Assembly: GCA_963514005.1 (NCBI GenBank)
Contig: OY740787.1
Location: forward strand, 72,416,001 to 72,480,000
DNA from: Raja brachyura
Taxonomy: Eukaryota
Direction: 5' to 3'
DNA length: 64,000 nt
The notes below the pieces were generated by a model. That model made no database searches and was not told the DNA's origin. It worked only from the letters and a program-made list of their open reading frames with translations. Below are positions 62,441-64,000 of the stretch, piece after piece; the first letter of the stretch is position 1, and every line of letters starts with the position of its first letter. The translations under genes were made by a program, and so were the position numbers.

Positions 62441-63771
62441 AGGGAAGAATTGACGAGGGAGTTGCGGAGGGAGCGGTCTTTGCGGAAGGCAGACAGGGGG
62501 GGAGATGGGAAGATGTGGCGAGTGGAGGGGTCACGTTGGAGGTGACGAAACTGGCGGAGGACTATCTGTTGTATGCGCTGGCTGGTGGGGTGAAAGGTGA
62601 GGACCAGGGGGACTCGGCCCTTGTTGTGAGTGGGGGAATGGGGAGAGAGGGCAGTGTTGCGGGGTATGGAGGAGACCCTGGTGCGAGCCTCATCTATAGT
62701 GGGGGAGGAGAAACCCCGTTCTCTGAAGAACGAGGACATTTGCGATGACCTGGTGTGGAACACGTCATCCTGGGAGCAGATGCGGCGTAGACGGAGGAAT
62801 TGGGAATAGGGGATGGAGTCCTTACAGGAAGCAGGGTGGGAGGAAGAGTAGTCCAGGTAGCTGTGGGAGTCAGTTGGTTTGTAGTGGATGTCAATCAGGA
62901 GTGTATCACCTGCAATAGAGATGGTGAGGTCAAGGAATGGTAGGGAAATGTCGGAAATGGTCCAAGTATATTTGAGTGCCGGATGGAAGTTGGTGGTGAA
63001 ATGGATGAAGTCAGTCAGTTCTGCGTGGGTGCAGGAGGCGACACCAAAGCAGTCGTCAATGTAACGGAGGTAAAGGTCGGGGGTGGGGCCCTGGTACGCC
63101 GAGAACAAAGATTGTTCGACGTGCCCGACAAAGAGGCAGGTGTAGCTAGGGCCCATGCGTGTGCCCATAGCTACGCCTTGTGTTTGGAGGAAATGGGAGG
63201 AGTCAAAAGAAAAGTTGTTGAGGGTAAGGACCAACTCTGCTAGGCGGAGGAGGGTGTCAGTGGATGGGTATGGGTTGCTCCTCTGGTCGAGGAAGTACCG
63301 GAGGGCTTTGAGACCATCCTGGTGGGGGATGCAGGTGTATAGTGACTGGACGTCCATGGTGAAGATGAGAGGATGGGGGCCTGGACAACGGAATGTGCGG
63401 AGCCGACGGAGAGTGTCTGAGGTGTCTTGAACATAGGTGGGGAGGGATTTAACAAAGGGGGATAGGATGGAGTCAAGGTATGTGGAAATGTGTTCGGTGG
63501 GGCACGAACAGGCAGAGACAATGAGTCTGCCGGGGCAGTCGGGTTTGTGGATTTTGGGGAGAAGGTAAAATCGGGCTGTGCGGGGCTGGGGAACGATGAG
63601 GTTGGAGGCTCGGGGGGGTAAGGAGCCGGAGTTGATGAAGCCGGTTATGGTGCTCGAGATGGTGGCCTGGTGCTCGTCAGTGGGGTCATGGTCCAGGGGT
63701 AAGTAGGAGGAGGTGTCCGAGAGTTGGCGCGTGGCCTCTGCTTTGTAGAGATCGACGTGCCAGACTACCAC
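62248..63771 (-). CDS. PLE reverse transcriptase (true frame ends near 62445)
   Basis: FYLLPKIHK, DVQSLYT, QTQGVAMGTRMGP, YLRYIDD, LPFLDL, YKPTDSHSYL. Confidence 0.93.
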   Translation of the reverse strand: MVVWHVDLYKAEATRQLSDTSSYLPLDHDPTDEHQATISSTITGFINSGSLPPRASNLIVPQPRTARFYLLPKIHKPDCPGRLIVSACSCPTEHISTYLDSILSPFVKSLPTYVQDTSDTLRRLRTFRCPGPHPLIFTMDVQSLYTCIPHQDGLKALRYFLDQRSNPYPSTDTLLRLAELVLTLNNFSFDSSHFLQTQGVAMGTRMGPSYTCLFVGHVEQSLFSAYQGPTPDLYLRYIDDCFGVASCTHAELTDFIHFTTNFHPALKYTWTISDISLPFLDLTISIAGDTLLIDIHYKPTDSHSYLDYSSSHPASCKDSIPYSQFLRLRRICSQDDVFHTRSSQMSSFFRERGFSSPTIDEARTRVSSIPRNTALSPHSPTHNKGRVPLVLTFHPTSQRIQQIVLRQFRHLQRDPSTRHIFPSPPLSAFRKDRSLRNSLVNSSLPLHSFPGYFPLQPQEMLHLSLHLPHPLLSGTQAVIPSPTEVHLHLLQPHLLHPLLQMPADLHR

Positions 63772-64000
63772 AGCACCTCCCTTGTCGGCGGGTTTGATAA
63801 CCCAGTCTGGGTTGTTGCGGAGTGAGTCGATGGCAATACGTTCGGAGGGGGAGAGATTGGAGTGAGACAGGGGAGTGGAGAAGTCGAGGCGGTTGATGTC
63901 CCGACGGCAGTTCTGAATAAAGAGTTGTAAAGCTGGAGGGCCACGAGGGGGGGTCCACGAGGAGGGGGTACGTGGGAGACAGGAAAAGGGATCATCAGTG

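Larger units (their letters stand above)
61677..64000 (-). mobile_element. Penelope-like element (Neptune-type), continues beyond the window
   Basis: RT, Cys linker and GIY-YIG, then a C/T-rich 3' UTR and the hammerhead-containing repeat. Confidence 0.93.

Overview
Repeat-dense, gene-poor vertebrate DNA. The repeat repertoire (HE1/V-SINE-like tRNA SINEs with (TAAAC)n tails, esterase-bearing CR1 LINEs, Neptune-type Penelope elements) suggests a cartilaginous fish, probably a skate or ray (inference). No host protein-coding exon could be confidently identified; the window looks intronic or intergenic, with several AT-rich enhancer-like blocks. Main contents: (1) a terminally complete but ORF-decayed DIRS1-type tyrosine-recombinase retrotransposon (43767-48250, -) whose internal complementary region reproduces the circle junction; (2) a Penelope-like element (RT + GIY-YIG, -) running off the window end, with a minimal hammerhead-ribozyme motif in its 3' repeat and many dispersed or fold-back copies of that repeat; (3) a young CR1 ORF2 (697 aa open) and a near-identical, internally deleted sister copy; (4) three non-autonomous Helitron-like elements; (5) five PIF/Harbinger-like MITEs; (6) a 3.4-kb non-autonomous hAT with a perfect 8-bp TSD carrying nested elements and long hairpins; (7) two copies of a GC-rich non-coding retroposon family, one beginning with a perfect CTCF motif. 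All family calls come from motif recognition by eye, with no database search. Boundaries of degenerate repeats are approximate.
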